Shown here piece by piece: positions 10,663-20,769 of a stretch of DNA of 64,000 bases; the stretch's first letter is position 1, and every line of letters begins with the position of its first letter. The DNA comes from a virus (Duplodnaviria > Heunggongvirae > Uroviricota > Caudoviricetes): positions 256,001 to 320,000 of the IMG/VR virus record IMGVR_UViG_3300015615_000629; one strand, given 5' to 3'. A program made the translations under genes and the position numbers. The notes below the pieces were generated by a model that worked only from the letters and a program-made list of their open reading frames with translations, was not told the origin of the DNA and did no database searches.

Positions 10663-11255
10663 AAGAATTTAAGACTTGGTTTGAAGAAAATACAGGAAAA
10701 ATAGTTATTCTGGCTAGGGGTCTTCCTGGTTCTGGTAAAAGTTTTACTGTGAACCGTCTCGTAAAAGAATTTGGTGTTTCGGATAAAAATATCTTTTCGG
10801 CGGACCATTATTTTATCCCAATGACAAGGGAATTTCGCCAACAAGGTATCGATATAAGTCCAAAAGAAGAACGTGATGAATATTTATCTAATTTCAATCA
10901 TGTTCATTTGCCTCTTGCTCATGAAACATGTTTCAATCGTTTCAAAAATGCAGTAGACAAAGGCGTTTCGCCATTAGTTGTTGATAATACAAATGTGAGT
11001 CTTCGTCAGATTGAGAACTATGTAGTTTACGCTTCTGCTGCCGGATACGACGTAAGATTGCAAGAACCAGAATCCCCTTGGTGGAAGGAATATTCGCCTT
11101 ATTTAGCGAATAAACAGAAACATGCAGATAAGGTTGAAGAATTAATTGATATTTTACATCAAAAGAACAGCCATGATGTTCCTAAAGAAACACTGCGACA
11201 TATGGTTAATATGTGGGAACCAAATTTAACTGTGGATAAAGTATTTGAAAAATGA
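10659..11255 (+). CDS. P-loop kinase, AAA_33/N4BP2-like polynucleotide kinase
   Basis: RGLPGSGKS Walker A, SADHYF, VVDNTN, NSHDVP motifs. Confidence 0.8.
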   Translation: MKEFKTWFEENTGKIVILARGLPGSGKSFTVNRLVKEFGVSDKNIFSADHYFIPMTREFRQQGIDISPKEERDEYLSNFNHVHLPLAHETCFNRFKNAVDKGVSPLVVDNTNVSLRQIENYVVYASAAGYDVRLQEPESPWWKEYSPYLANKQKHADKVEELIDILHQKNSHDVPKETLRHMVNMWEPNLTVDKVFEK

Positions 11256-11521
11256 GATATCTGTTCTTGTTTATATTATTATTGCCTTCGCTCTGTAAGG
11301 CACAAAGCAATCGGTTAGTTACTTTTGATTTCGCCAATCTTCCAAAGGTAAACGAAGAAGTTCTGTATTATCAAAAAGCCAGATATCAAGGATATACTCC
11401 ATTTTTTACTACTGCCAATGGTGGAGGCTATGAGATAATCCCAATTTACAATTTATTGACCGGTTCTGGCTCAATAGTAGAAGCAAATGGTCATTTTGTT
11501 AGAACTCTAAAGTATCCTTGA
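11252..11521 (+). CDS. Small secreted hypothetical protein
   Basis: Signal-peptide-like N-terminus MRYLFLFILLLPSLCKA. Confidence 0.55.
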   Translation: MRYLFLFILLLPSLCKAQSNRLVTFDFANLPKVNEEVLYYQKARYQGYTPFFTTANGGGYEIIPIYNLLTGSGSIVEANGHFVRTLKYP

Positions 11522-12899
11522 TGATTACTTCATGTCCTTCTTTTTCTAGGACTTTTATCCTGTTTTTAGAATGATCATGTAAATATTCATTTATTCTAAA
11601 TATGAAATCGTAATAATTTAAAATATCTTTATCATCTGCGGTTCTTAGTCCTCTTCCCATTCTTTGAATTATTTGATGTTCTGCTGTTCCGCCAGCGGCA
11701 TTAACTAGGTTCGTTACTTTTACGTTAATTCCAGTGTTAAATATTCCGTGAGTTGCAATAGCGACCACATTTCCCTTGCCAGACTGAAGTTTTTTTATGA
11801 CTTCTTTTCTGGTTTCTAGGTTGTCTTTGCCTCTAATCCAGATTGCTTCTGGAATTAGATGGTTTAAAGAATCTCCATGAGCAATCCTTTCTACAAGGAT
11901 TAGCGTTCTGCCTTTTAGTGTTTTGACTAAATTCTTTACTGTTTCATGAAAATGGTAAGATTCGGCAATTCCATGAGTGACCGCATCTTGGTACACATCA
12001 TAAGGTATTTGGGGTTCGTCGATTGGATAAAATATACATTTTGAATCTGATAGTATCTTGCGTTCTTGTAATTCTTTGGTTGTTAAAACACCATCAGGTG
12101 ACTTTGTTTTAAATATAGGACCGAAATAACCCTTGACTTCATATTTTTGAGTTTTGTCACTGCCGCCGAACTTAAAAGGCGTAGCAGAAATACCTACTCT
12201 TACACAAGCATTTGCTAATTTATTGTAATATTTCTTCGGTTCCTTGGACATTAATTCATGGATTTCGTCCACAAATAACGCCTGAATCTTTGGTAAATAA
12301 GACTGCATTTTATGCAACGACTGTACGGTTGCACAGGTAATATTCCCAATTTCGTTATACTTGTCGTATAGGCGTCCTACGTCGTTAAATCCAATATTCT
12401 TAAGTTCGGAGTAGTTTTGCTCTACCAAGCTCTTTTTGTTTGCTAATATAAGCGTTGGGACGCCTTCTGGAAGGCATTTAAGGGCTCCGAGAAGGATGAA
12501 TGTTTTTCCGCTGCCTGTGGGTGACTTAATGATGCCACGCTGGTATTTTATGGCTTGGTTAATGAAATCAACTTGGTAGTCATACATTTCTATCCCAGGT
12601 AGGAAATTTTTGTCAATTTCCTGGTGGATAAATTGGATTTTGTTTCTGGTGTCGGAAGCGGTGAAGGGTTCTTTTAGAATGGAAAGGGCAGTAACAATTT
12701 CAGGAAGAAGTCCTGTAAGGAACTTTCCGCTATCTTTTTTGAAGAATTCTGTATATCCATCCCAGATTCTGCGTTTGTAGGCAGAACTATGGAAGTAATT
12801 TTTGTCGCGAAATCTGAGTTTTTGCCACAAAATGTGCTTTAAGTCATCATTCGTCGTGTTGAGAAAAGAATGTATATTTTGTATGTTAAGAGAAGTCAT
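11499..12899 (-). CDS. uvsW: UvsW-like superfamily 2 DNA helicase
   Basis: WDG N-terminal block, SPTGSGKT, VDEIH, SAT, QRMGRGLR, H..R..Y-type C-terminus. Confidence 0.85.
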   Translation of the reverse strand: MTSLNIQNIHSFLNTTNDDLKHILWQKLRFRDKNYFHSSAYKRRIWDGYTEFFKKDSGKFLTGLLPEIVTALSILKEPFTASDTRNKIQFIHQEIDKNFLPGIEMYDYQVDFINQAIKYQRGIIKSPTGSGKTFILLGALKCLPEGVPTLILANKKSLVEQNYSELKNIGFNDVGRLYDKYNEIGNITCATVQSLHKMQSYLPKIQALFVDEIHELMSKEPKKYYNKLANACVRVGISATPFKFGGSDKTQKYEVKGYFGPIFKTKSPDGVLTTKELQERKILSDSKCIFYPIDEPQIPYDVYQDAVTHGIAESYHFHETVKNLVKTLKGRTLILVERIAHGDSLNHLIPEAIWIRGKDNLETRKEVIKKLQSGKGNVVAIATHGIFNTGINVKVTNLVNAAGGTAEHQIIQRMGRGLRTADDKDILNYYDFIFRINEYLHDHSKNRIKVLEKEGHEVIIKDTLEF

Positions 12900-12945
12900 T
12901 AGTCATATTGTACCATAATTATTCGTATTTCAAATACATATTTAC

Positions 12946-13221
12946 ATGGATTTTAAAGGCTGGAACCACAAATCTTTTGGAATAATTTCAGCCGAAAGGC
13001 CAGAAGTAGACCAGACTTACGAATTATTGAATATTCTTAACAAAAGGTTCAAATATGAACCCATTGATGGGCATTGGAAAGGACAGCCCGAGAAGTCCTT
13101 TGTGGTATTTGATATAAATTTAGAAAGTCTTTTAGATCTAGCTAAAAGATTTGGGCAAGAGGCGGTAGTATATAAGCCAGAGAATGGCGTAGCTCAGGTG
13201 GTACATCTAAATGAACTTTAG
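12946..13221 (+). CDS. DUF3293-like small protein
   Basis: FGIISAERP..GHW..EKSFVV..LAKRFGQEAV pattern. Confidence 0.6.
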   Translation: MDFKGWNHKSFGIISAERPEVDQTYELLNILNKRFKYEPIDGHWKGQPEKSFVVFDINLESLLDLAKRFGQEAVVYKPENGVAQVVHLNEL

Positions 13222-14098
13222 GCTTTTTATAGAAAGATATGGTGGAGCCACCAATAAGATAATGTACCACGGCACTACCGATGGTGTATTGAAGAATATT
13301 ATGTCTGTTGGATTAATTCCTAATGCTAAAAAATCATGGAACAACGATCCAGGTAATTTTGACACTCCTTCTAGAGATTCATTAGGTGGCATATATGTTA
13401 CAGATAACCTAATGACAGCAATGTCAGCCGCCAGAAACACAGTACAGAGTCTTGGCGGCCAAAATAGAATTTTGGTAATAATGTCACTTCAACCAAGATC
13501 ATTTCTGGCAGACGAAGATTCAATAAGTTTTTTCACTCAGAGACTATGGCATCCTAAATATAACCCAAATTCATGGCTTACAAAAGAATTATACAATTCT
13601 TGGCTTAAAGATCCGAATTCAGAGATGGTTCAGGAATTTAGACAACATTATGTGGAATCTATTTTTGAGTCTCTAGAATATAAACTTGGAAAGTTACACC
13701 CTGAATTAGAGAAAAGGCTTAAGATTCTTTTAGAAGAAGGCTTTACAATCGCTTTAAAGCGTAAGGCAGCCTATGCTGACTACGATTCATGGGGAGATTC
13801 TGGCCCCAAAATTGATTTAGATAAAAATCAGGTAGAACGAGAATACAGTCAGTATATGGACCAACTGACCAGGACGCTAAGATCGTTGTTGGCCCAGCCA
13901 GATAAGAGCAATAGTATAAATTTTACGGCTAGATTAGAACAACCAGTAAGATTTTCTGGAAAGAATAAGATTATTTGTATTGTTAAGATAACAAGAGATG
14001 AAACAAGACGCGATAATGTAAGTGTCGTTTATGGAGAACTTCCAGATAAATTCAAGGCAGACTGGACAGAAAGGATTGGTGAATTGAATGTTATTTAG
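13211..14098 (+). CDS. ADP-ribosyltransferase-like (H-Y clade, PARP/Tpt1-like) protein
   Basis: MYHGTT..I...GLIP and GGIYVTDN..A motifs; MNFRLFIE leader. Confidence 0.55.
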   Translation: MNFRLFIERYGGATNKIMYHGTTDGVLKNIMSVGLIPNAKKSWNNDPGNFDTPSRDSLGGIYVTDNLMTAMSAARNTVQSLGGQNRILVIMSLQPRSFLADEDSISFFTQRLWHPKYNPNSWLTKELYNSWLKDPNSEMVQEFRQHYVESIFESLEYKLGKLHPELEKRLKILLEEGFTIALKRKAAYADYDSWGDSGPKIDLDKNQVEREYSQYMDQLTRTLRSLLAQPDKSNSINFTARLEQPVRFSGKNKIICIVKITRDETRRDNVSVVYGELPDKFKADWTERIGELNVI

Positions 14099-14486
14099 TT
14101 TAATCTTGGGTGTTATCGTATTCTTTGCGGATGACAAGAAGCCAGAGCCTCCCAAAAAAGACAAAAGGTTTGAGAAAGTAGTTTTGGTTTATAACCCAAG
14201 TTATGCTGGTGAGATGAATATGTGGGTTCCTTTTTGGACACCGCCTGTAGCACCTGGAACCATTATAAATTTTGAAGAACAAGAGAGCGGCTGCGTGTAT
14301 TCTTGCTATTACATTGACGAGAAAAAACGAAGATGTTTTGCCGTTTGGGAATTCGATGGTTGGCACTACGACCAGCAAGAAGATGACGAAGGAAATTTCT
14401 TTTATCGGTCAAACGGAAAAATGTTAGTAAAAAGAATGTTGGTGTTCAGATGTGATGGAAACACTACAGACATTGATAATCGTTAA
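14088..14486 (+). CDS. Hypothetical secreted/membrane protein
   Basis: Hydrophobic N-terminus, 132 aa. Confidence 0.55.
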   Translation: MLFSLILGVIVFFADDKKPEPPKKDKRFEKVVLVYNPSYAGEMNMWVPFWTPPVAPGTIINFEEQESGCVYSCYYIDEKKRRCFAVWEFDGWHYDQQEDDEGNFFYRSNGKMLVKRMLVFRCDGNTTDIDNR

Positions 14487-14757
14487 GAAACTTCTCTAGA
14501 GAAACCGATGGCTTATCAAAGCAGACTTCGTTTTTAATTGAACCCATCTTGGTGTTAGGTGGATACTTCTTTCTAACCGTTTCGATGGCTTCTCCAAGAT
14601 GCGACATTACTTCAAGATAATTCGCCGCTACAGTGTCGTCGGCATCAACTGCGATACATTTTAGCGATTCTACGAAGAATTCTGCCTCTTGAATTGTCAT
14701 ATTATGGATATCGTTCAAACGAGATAGAAGTTCTGCGTAATCTTTATCCATTGTCAT
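14464..14757 (-). CDS. Hypothetical protein
   Basis: 97 aa ORF preceded by an AGGAG-like RBS. Confidence 0.6.
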   Translation of the reverse strand: MTMDKDYAELLSRLNDIHNMTIQEAEFFVESLKCIAVDADDTVAANYLEVMSHLGEAIETVRKKYPPNTKMGSIKNEVCFDKPSVSLEKFLNDYQCL

Positions 14758-14827
14758 CTCCTAGTTCATTTTTGAAGTTTTAAACGAGATTTTCGACAAA
14801 ATTACTTTGTTTGACATTAGATATCGT

Positions 14828-15106
14828 ATGGAATTTAGGAGTTGGTTGTATCAAGAAGTAGAGGCTACCAGCGGTAAAACTAGTTTATACCCTTTAGGGT
14901 ATGGCGGAATCGGTCTTTATCCATTGCAATATTTCCTGCCGGTTGCTGCCGATGCGATTACTTACATTTCAATGGATAAAAGGCTTTATCACAACGGAGA
15001 AGGACCGCCGTTCTCGATTCTGCATATCAAGGGCAATCCTAGTTGGCCTTCTACAAAGAACCCGAATAATGGTGAAGGACCGCCGTTCTCAATCGCTAAA
15101 ATTTGA
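14828..15106 (+). CDS. Small protein with duplicated NGEGPPFSI motif (MEFRSWLYQE N-terminus)
   Basis: Internal Met of ORF 14807..15106; TAGATA box immediately upstream. Confidence 0.6.
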   Translation: MEFRSWLYQEVEATSGKTSLYPLGYGGIGLYPLQYFLPVAADAITYISMDKRLYHNGEGPPFSILHIKGNPSWPSTKNPNNGEGPPFSIAKI

Positions 15107-15517
15107 TGCTTTTATTGCATTTTTGAAAAGTTTCAAATAATTTTGTATTTGGACTCTCGCTTCATGCCCTTGGCAACCAAACGTTTGGTTTCGGTTTTGT
15201 CCGTCTTTGAGTGAATGTAAAAACGTTTTTACTGACAAAATATCGTCGTTAATTGTTATTTCAGCCTCGCCGTATTTGTAATTGTTTTCAATTATATCGA
15301 CTTTGGTATAGTAACTATTACCGAATGAAACCTTTTCAAACCAATCAATTAGATAATATGTCTGCTCGACACTTGTTGTAAATTCTACCATCTTGGAAAT
15401 AGAGTCGGCCTCTGGAAGTTTATCGGGTTCGGGATAGCGATTTAGAGAACAAAATCTCCAAACAACGTTATCGTTGCCCACATATCGCACCAAAAAGTAG
15501 AATATTATTCTAGACAT
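15089..15517 (-). CDS. Hypothetical protein
   Basis: 142 aa, part of a coupled minus-strand run. Confidence 0.55.
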   Translation of the reverse strand: MSRIIFYFLVRYVGNDNVVWRFCSLNRYPEPDKLPEADSISKMVEFTTSVEQTYYLIDWFEKVSFGNSYYTKVDIIENNYKYGEAEITINDDILSVKTFLHSLKDGQNRNQTFGCQGHEARVQIQNYLKLFKNAIKASNFSD

Positions 15518-15837
15518 TCATCAATCTTGGGTTGTGGGAAAACTGAAAGCATTGCTTTTTCTTCTGCTAAATTATGTTCTTCAAATGAATTCATAACGTC
15601 CCATTCTTCGATATTGATATAAAAGAACCGATTTCCGTATAAGGTTTGAGTCTCCCACTGGTTTTCAGATAACTTAACTGCCTTTGGGTGGTCTTTCTGA
15701 ATAAGTTCTTCACATAGTTCTCTACTAGAAAACACTTCAAAAACACTACACTTTTTAGTGTCCTCGAATGTCATAGTTAAAATATAGACTTTCATTGCTC
15801 TTCTCCTAGCCATTTCTGGCAAAGTTCGCCAAACCAT
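15505..15837 (-). CDS. Hypothetical protein
   Basis: Coupled ORF (likely start MKVYIL). Confidence 0.55.
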   Translation of the reverse strand: MVWRTLPEMARRRAMKVYILTMTFEDTKKCSVFEVFSSRELCEELIQKDHPKAVKLSENQWETQTLYGNRFFYINIEEWDVMNSFEEHNLAEEKAMLSVFPQPKIDECLE

Positions 15838-16280
15838 TCGCCTGGAATACCAGACATCACTTTTTCCACTGTTCTTTCTTCGTTTCCGAACCTAACAATG
15901 AACTTATCATCCTTTAGTTTAACCGTCCAATGGTCTATAGTTGGGTCAATGTTTCTGAAAAAGGGAGCCAATGCCGTGCTTTGCAAGTCATTTATTATTA
16001 CTCTATTACCTTCGAGTAGTTCATTTTGTTTGTCAATTATAACTTTTTGTTTGTCAATAATAGACCTCTGCATCTGATCTATTTCTTCATAGTGTTTTTC
16101 TAAGGAAACCTTTCTTATCAATAGCAACAATGAAAAATTAACTGAAATAAGTAGCCCAATTTTTACAAACCAAAGAGAATCACTATTCAGATTGAAGGGG
16201 AGTAATGATACTACTACAATGTAGTTGATGGCAGCTAAAATTCGGGCTTTAGACTTAGACATTTGAAACATTGAAGGCAC
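15792..16280 (-). CDS. Membrane protein with coiled coil (paralogue of 16703..17116)
   Basis: Two TM segments, coiled coil, IDP.I.HW...FGNE block shared with 16703..17116. Confidence 0.65.
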   Translation of the reverse strand: MPSMFQMSKSKARILAAINYIVVVSLLPFNLNSDSLWFVKIGLLISVNFSLLLLIRKVSLEKHYEEIDQMQRSIIDKQKVIIDKQNELLEGNRVIINDLQSTALAPFFRNIDPTIDHWTVKLKDDKFIVRFGNEERTVEKVMSGIPGEWFGELCQKWLGEEQ

Positions 16281-16722
16281 ACTCTCTTAGTGTTTCCAGT
16301 TCTTCTTCAGTTAATTCCAAAAGAATAATGTTATCTTTTCTGTAGCGTCTAGATTCATCGCAAAGTAGTTCAGAAACTGCCTTATTTTCTACTTTTGTTG
16401 AAAAACTAGATAGCTCGGCAACTGCCCGCTCGACATCTTCTAGTTCTGTTTTAATCGGGTTATCAGGCAATCCTTGTTCTTTCTGACGAGTTATTGTGTG
16501 TTCTTTTGCCCTTTCCCAGATTAGTTCGCTATATCTTTCTTTTGCCTCTTCGACATGTTCAATTGATTCTCCTGATAGCGTATGGAGCAAGACTTTCTCA
16601 GCGGATAGTCGTTGCCCTTCTTCATACATGGAATTTACCACTTGCTTTTCTAGTTTTAAAACTCTAACAATGCACAGAATTAAAACCAACAAGACACCTA
16701 TGCTAGCTATCGTTCCAACCAT
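16255..16722 (-). CDS. Membrane-anchored hypothetical protein
   Basis: N-terminal TM helix, 155 aa. Confidence 0.6.
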   Translation of the reverse strand: MVGTIASIGVLLVLILCIVRVLKLEKQVVNSMYEEGQRLSAEKVLLHTLSGESIEHVEEAKERYSELIWERAKEHTITRQKEQGLPDNPIKTELEDVERAVAELSSFSTKVENKAVSELLCDESRRYRKDNIILLELTEEELETLRECAFNVSNV

Positions 16723-17116
16723 GATACAAATCTTCTAGTGTGAATGGTGTGTCAACCTCTACCGATTTGTCTTCATTACCAAAGACAAACATCGATTTTC
16801 CCTTTTTTACAACATGTCGCCAATGACAAATCTCTGGGTCAATGGATTTCATCATCAACCCAACATTAAGGTTCATTAGTTCGATATTTTCGTCTTTGAC
16901 GGTTTCATATAAGCCCCTCCAGTTACTCGACGATTCACGGTAACTCTCAGCAAAGAAGCGATAAGAGATTGTCTTGAAAAGGAAAAGGAGAATTACAAAT
17001 ATTACAAAGGCACGATTGTAAAACACAATCGCATACGCAGCTAGAAATATCTCGCTGACACTTTGGATTATTTGGCCAGAGTAGTTCCGCCAAAAGTTTT
17101 TAATCTTCGACAACAT
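16703..17116 (-). CDS. Membrane protein (paralogue of 15792..16280)
   Basis: TM segments, IDPEICHW..FGNE; leaderless ATG at 17116. Confidence 0.65.
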   Translation of the reverse strand: MLSKIKNFWRNYSGQIIQSVSEIFLAAYAIVFYNRAFVIFVILLFLFKTISYRFFAESYRESSSNWRGLYETVKDENIELMNLNVGLMMKSIDPEICHWRHVVKKGKSMFVFGNEDKSVEVDTPFTLEDLYHGWNDS

Positions 17117-17122
17117 GGCTAC

Positions 17123-17151
17123 ATTGTAACACAAGTTCGCCGATCAGCCAA
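17123..17151 (-). promoter_or_regulatory. Sigma70-like extended -10 promoter (TTGGCT-N17-TACAAT, TGTG)
   Basis: Minus strand ttggctgatcggcgaacttgtgttacaat. Confidence 0.5.
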
Positions 17152-18201
17152 CTAGTCAAATGAAAGGCTGTAAGTGTCTTTGCGACAAGAGGTTAGGTCA
17201 TGAATAAATTTGCCGATCATGCGTTTATTTACGTGTGGCATGACGATAAGATGAGAAAGGTCTTTTTCACTGACCAACTGCCATTTTCGGCAAACCGAAT
17301 TTGATGGACGCTGAAAGACGAGGATATTTGAGAACGGATTAGCCCAGCAGGGATAAGATATTCCTTCAAATTTACTTTTTGAATAATTTAATAAACCAAT
17401 GCAGTAGTTGGTTGATCTTCTTAATCCATTTTTCTGAATTTTTTCCCAAAAATAGGCTGTGGCCAAACCGCTTCTAGAGCCTGTTATTGTTGTATCAAAA
17501 CTATTCAAATAGGGGATGAATCTATTTTTAGATATGGTTTCTGTGGCCAGAAAGACGCCGCAAGGAATAGGAACACCAAGCATTTTGTGTCCAGAGACAG
17601 CAATGCTTTGAAATCCCTGATTGAAATCAATTTTTGGGCCATCTAGAAAAGGTAGGGTTAATCCAAATAAGGCGGCATCTACATGAATATAATGTTGAGT
17701 GTTCTTTAATATCGATTTAATTCTAGGAATATCATCTATGGCCCCTTTCATAGTAGTGCCAACATTAGCCACATAAATAGCTGGGGTGGAGATAATTGCT
17801 TCTAACTTTGAGTAATCCACTTCCCCGTTGCTTTGAGACGGTATTTTTACAAGCCTTAATCCGAGAATATAGGCTGCTTTGTCAATACTGTAATGGGTTT
17901 GATCGGAACAATAAATGGTGGCATTTGGAACCTGTTCCCTGCCACGAAGTAAACCACAAAGGTTTCCTTCGGTGCCACCTGTGGTGACATATCCCCAATA
18001 TTTTTGAAGATTGTATAGGTTGGCGAAGTATTTAAGTATTTCAAGTTCTAGGTCATTAGTATTTAAATGGTAATTAGATTCTTGAAATGGGTCGCCTAGA
18101 TTGTTGATTACGAAGGTATTTTTTGATTTACAACGAATTGGATATCCCAACATGTGCTTGCTGGCGATATCCATCCGTTGTAAATAATTTGATTTCAACA
18201 T
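17152..18201 (-). CDS. PLP-dependent group II decarboxylase (histidine/serine decarboxylase family)
   Basis: LGYP, INNLGDPF, GYVTTGGTEGN, HYSIDKA, GTTMKGAIDD, HVDAAL, SGHK (PLP lysine), GSRSG. Confidence 0.9.
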   Translation of the reverse strand: MLKSNYLQRMDIASKHMLGYPIRCKSKNTFVINNLGDPFQESNYHLNTNDLELEILKYFANLYNLQKYWGYVTTGGTEGNLCGLLRGREQVPNATIYCSDQTHYSIDKAAYILGLRLVKIPSQSNGEVDYSKLEAIISTPAIYVANVGTTMKGAIDDIPRIKSILKNTQHYIHVDAALFGLTLPFLDGPKIDFNQGFQSIAVSGHKMLGVPIPCGVFLATETISKNRFIPYLNSFDTTITGSRSGLATAYFWEKIQKNGLRRSTNYCIGLLNYSKSKFEGISYPCWANPFSNILVFQRPSNSVCRKWQLVSEKDLSHLIVMPHVNKRMIGKFIHDLTSCRKDTYSLSFD

Positions 18202-19073
18202 TACTTGCTCAGTGATTGAACGGTTGTAATGGCTTTTTGAGCTTCGGTCTTGCAGCCTTCACAGCAAAAATAAACTTTCTTGCCGTTAATTTCTAGAAAA
18301 ATATCTTTTGAAACTGGTTCTCCAGACATAGGACACTTTTCAGCGGCTTCAACCGGTGTAACATTCTGATCTTCGATAGGAGTTACATTTTCTGGTTGGG
18401 TTTCTGCGGGCTTAATTTCTGCCGAAGGTGCCTCCGGAGTTACAGGCTTTTCTGCGGTTCCAAGGATTTGTTCTTTAGCCTTGTTTACGCAGTCTTCACA
18501 ACAGAAATAAACTTTCTTATTCCCTATAGTAAGAAAATACTTACTGGAGGCTTCTTCGCCGGTAATAGGACAAGTTCTTTTAGCAACTTGCGGCTTAGGC
18601 TTCGGTGCAGGTGCAGCGGGTGCTGTCTGTGGTTTTTCTTCTACAATTTGCTCTTCTTTAGCGTAAAGATCGCTCTCTCTATAGGGATTTGTAGCTTTCT
18701 GATTGTAATAATTGGAATTTGTTTGCTGACGATTGCGGCTATAAACTAAATATCCCTTTTGCTCGTAACTTTGGCGATAGTTTTCGAAAGGATACCCTGT
18801 ATCGTAGTCAAGAACTCCATTGCCTCTAGAATGAGGTAGAATTCCGTTAATAACAGGTATTACTGAATATTGGTTGTTGTTGTAAACCTTTACAAACACC
18901 ATTTCATCGACTTGTCCACTATACTTGATTTGATAGTTAGTTCCGGATGAAACTTGTCGGATCGAACTTTCCATTCGTTGGCTAACAACCATTTCTTCAT
19001 CATCACAAGCAAAAACTTGTGCGGGAAGTGCAATTAGCAAGGCAAAAAGAATCTTTTTCATAAATTTCTCCAT
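18201..19073 (-). CDS. Secreted protein with two YHS/TRASH metal-binding domains
   Basis: Signal peptide; CPITGE..KKVYFCCEDC and CPMSGE..KKVYFCCEGC. Confidence 0.8.
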   Translation of the reverse strand: MEKFMKKILFALLIALPAQVFACDDEEMVVSQRMESSIRQVSSGTNYQIKYSGQVDEMVFVKVYNNNQYSVIPVINGILPHSRGNGVLDYDTGYPFENYRQSYEQKGYLVYSRNRQQTNSNYYNQKATNPYRESDLYAKEEQIVEEKPQTAPAAPAPKPKPQVAKRTCPITGEEASSKYFLTIGNKKVYFCCEDCVNKAKEQILGTAEKPVTPEAPSAEIKPAETQPENVTPIEDQNVTPVEAAEKCPMSGEPVSKDIFLEINGKKVYFCCEGCKTEAQKAITTVQSLSK

Positions 19074-20452
19074 TAATAGTTGGTAATTAATTCCGAGTTG
19101 TCGAAAGTGTAATTAACAGGATACATGATTGTATTTGACTGTGTGTTGTTTCTGACGAAATAAAACCTAACAGGACTGTGGCTTTTTGACATAAATTCTA
19201 AATCATCAAAATTCTTTACAGCATATCCTGTTTTAGCTGGTGCTGGACTTCTTTTATCGACCGGAGTGGCCATGTAGATAACATCGTTTCTTTTAATTCC
19301 AGACTTGGCAGCGTTTCCGCCAACTTTCACATCTGTAACTAAAAATCCTACTCGATTTATAAATTTACTGTATTTTTCAATTCCGGTCAATCCGTAAATA
19401 TCCCAAATCTTATTTCTATGGTCGTATTCTCCCCTATCGACAAAATATGCTATTTTGTAATTTTTATGGATTTCTGGGTCGTAAAAGGCAATCCTGCCAT
19501 TTTCAAACTCTTGCTTTCTGAATTCATACGTTCCATCTTTGTATACTTTTCCATAAGGATTCCAAGAGAAAATCCCATCGCTTCCCCTGATTCTGCCTGT
19601 TAAATTTGGGTGTTCGTATATTATTTTTTCGCCTGGAATGAGCCTATCGACAGAGACTTGTGTTTGAGCGTGACAACTCTGGCATCTCGAATCATCCATG
19701 TCGATCAAGCCGAGTTTGTAGTCTTTTGGAAAAAGGCTATACAAATCGTTACTACAAGGAGTCCATTGATCTTCTGTAACATCCTTAAAAGGCAGAGACA
19801 GGAGAAAATCTACTTGAACTTCATTTAATTTGGGTAATATTTCTACATTTCCGCTAGCAACAAATACTTTATCATTTTCTGGATTTTCGATTTTTAGAAA
19901 TTTATATTTAGGAGTATATTGAACTCCCATTAATTCCATAAATTCTTCTCTATTGGCGACCGGCCGATATACATTGATTTTCCAACTGGTTGCCGTTTTT
20001 TCACGAGTTCTAATTTCATAGGCGATTCTTCCCTTTCCGCCTGGACGATCTACAAGAAGAAGTTCGCCAACAATGGCTCCCGTTGGAAATATCCACTTTA
20101 CAGGATGTGATTTAATTACTGCTACTGGTTCCCCTGGAAGGAATAAGAAGTTGACGCTGGTATAGGTGTGTTCAAAACCATTGATGCCAAAAGTGTTATC
20201 CCAGGGAAAGTCTAGATTGGCGTTATGATCCCTTAAATAATGGGCTTCAAAGACGCCTTGATATCTGGAACTTTTAAGTTGATAGTATCTAGGTATCTTA
20301 TAAAAGACGGTGCTAGGGCTAGTTAGAACTTTAGCCAAACGTTCATCACTTGTCTTAGGCAAGGTGAAGTTTGCAGAAGCCAGATCAAGTGGGTATTGAG
20401 CGTTGGCAATCTGACAGAAGGTCAGAAACAGAAAGAAATAGATAGTTTTCAT
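19073..20452 (-). CDS. Secreted protein with CxxCH heme motif and C-terminal PDZ-like domain
   Basis: Signal peptide; CQSCH; GFLVTDVKVGGNAAKSGIKRNDVI. Confidence 0.65.
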   Translation of the reverse strand: MKTIYFFLFLTFCQIANAQYPLDLASANFTLPKTSDERLAKVLTSPSTVFYKIPRYYQLKSSRYQGVFEAHYLRDHNANLDFPWDNTFGINGFEHTYTSVNFLFLPGEPVAVIKSHPVKWIFPTGAIVGELLLVDRPGGKGRIAYEIRTREKTATSWKINVYRPVANREEFMELMGVQYTPKYKFLKIENPENDKVFVASGNVEILPKLNEVQVDFLLSLPFKDVTEDQWTPCSNDLYSLFPKDYKLGLIDMDDSRCQSCHAQTQVSVDRLIPGEKIIYEHPNLTGRIRGSDGIFSWNPYGKVYKDGTYEFRKQEFENGRIAFYDPEIHKNYKIAYFVDRGEYDHRNKIWDIYGLTGIEKYSKFINRVGFLVTDVKVGGNAAKSGIKRNDVIYMATPVDKRSPAPAKTGYAVKNFDDLEFMSKSHSPVRFYFVRNNTQSNTIMYPVNYTFDNSELITNY

Positions 20453-20511
20453 CCATATGCTCCGTGGTTTTCAGGAGCATATGGGAAAACTATTTCTGCT
20501 GTCAATACGAA

Positions 20512-20769
20512 TTAAAAGGGAAGATACCAATAATAATTGTATGGGCGGTAGTAATACGGTGGATTATAAGGTCCATAAGGCCCATATGGAGCATATCGTT
20601 GACGATAACGATAAGTTGGCGGAACTGGAGTATAATTATAATTTGGGTAATTAGGGTAATATTGATATCTTGGCTGAGATGGTGGATATCCGTGACGGTA
20701 ATGTGGGCGAGCCGCTATAGCGGTTGCACCAAGCAATAATATTGCGAATGCTAATACTAAATTTTTCAT
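20512..20769 (-). CDS. Small secreted Pro/Tyr-rich protein
   Basis: AGGAGG RBS before MKNLVLAF; signal peptide followed by PY-rich low-complexity sequence. Confidence 0.6.
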   Translation of the reverse strand: MKNLVLAFAILLLGATAIAARPHYRHGYPPSQPRYQYYPNYPNYNYTPVPPTYRYRQRYAPYGPYGPYNPPYYYRPYNYYWYLPF

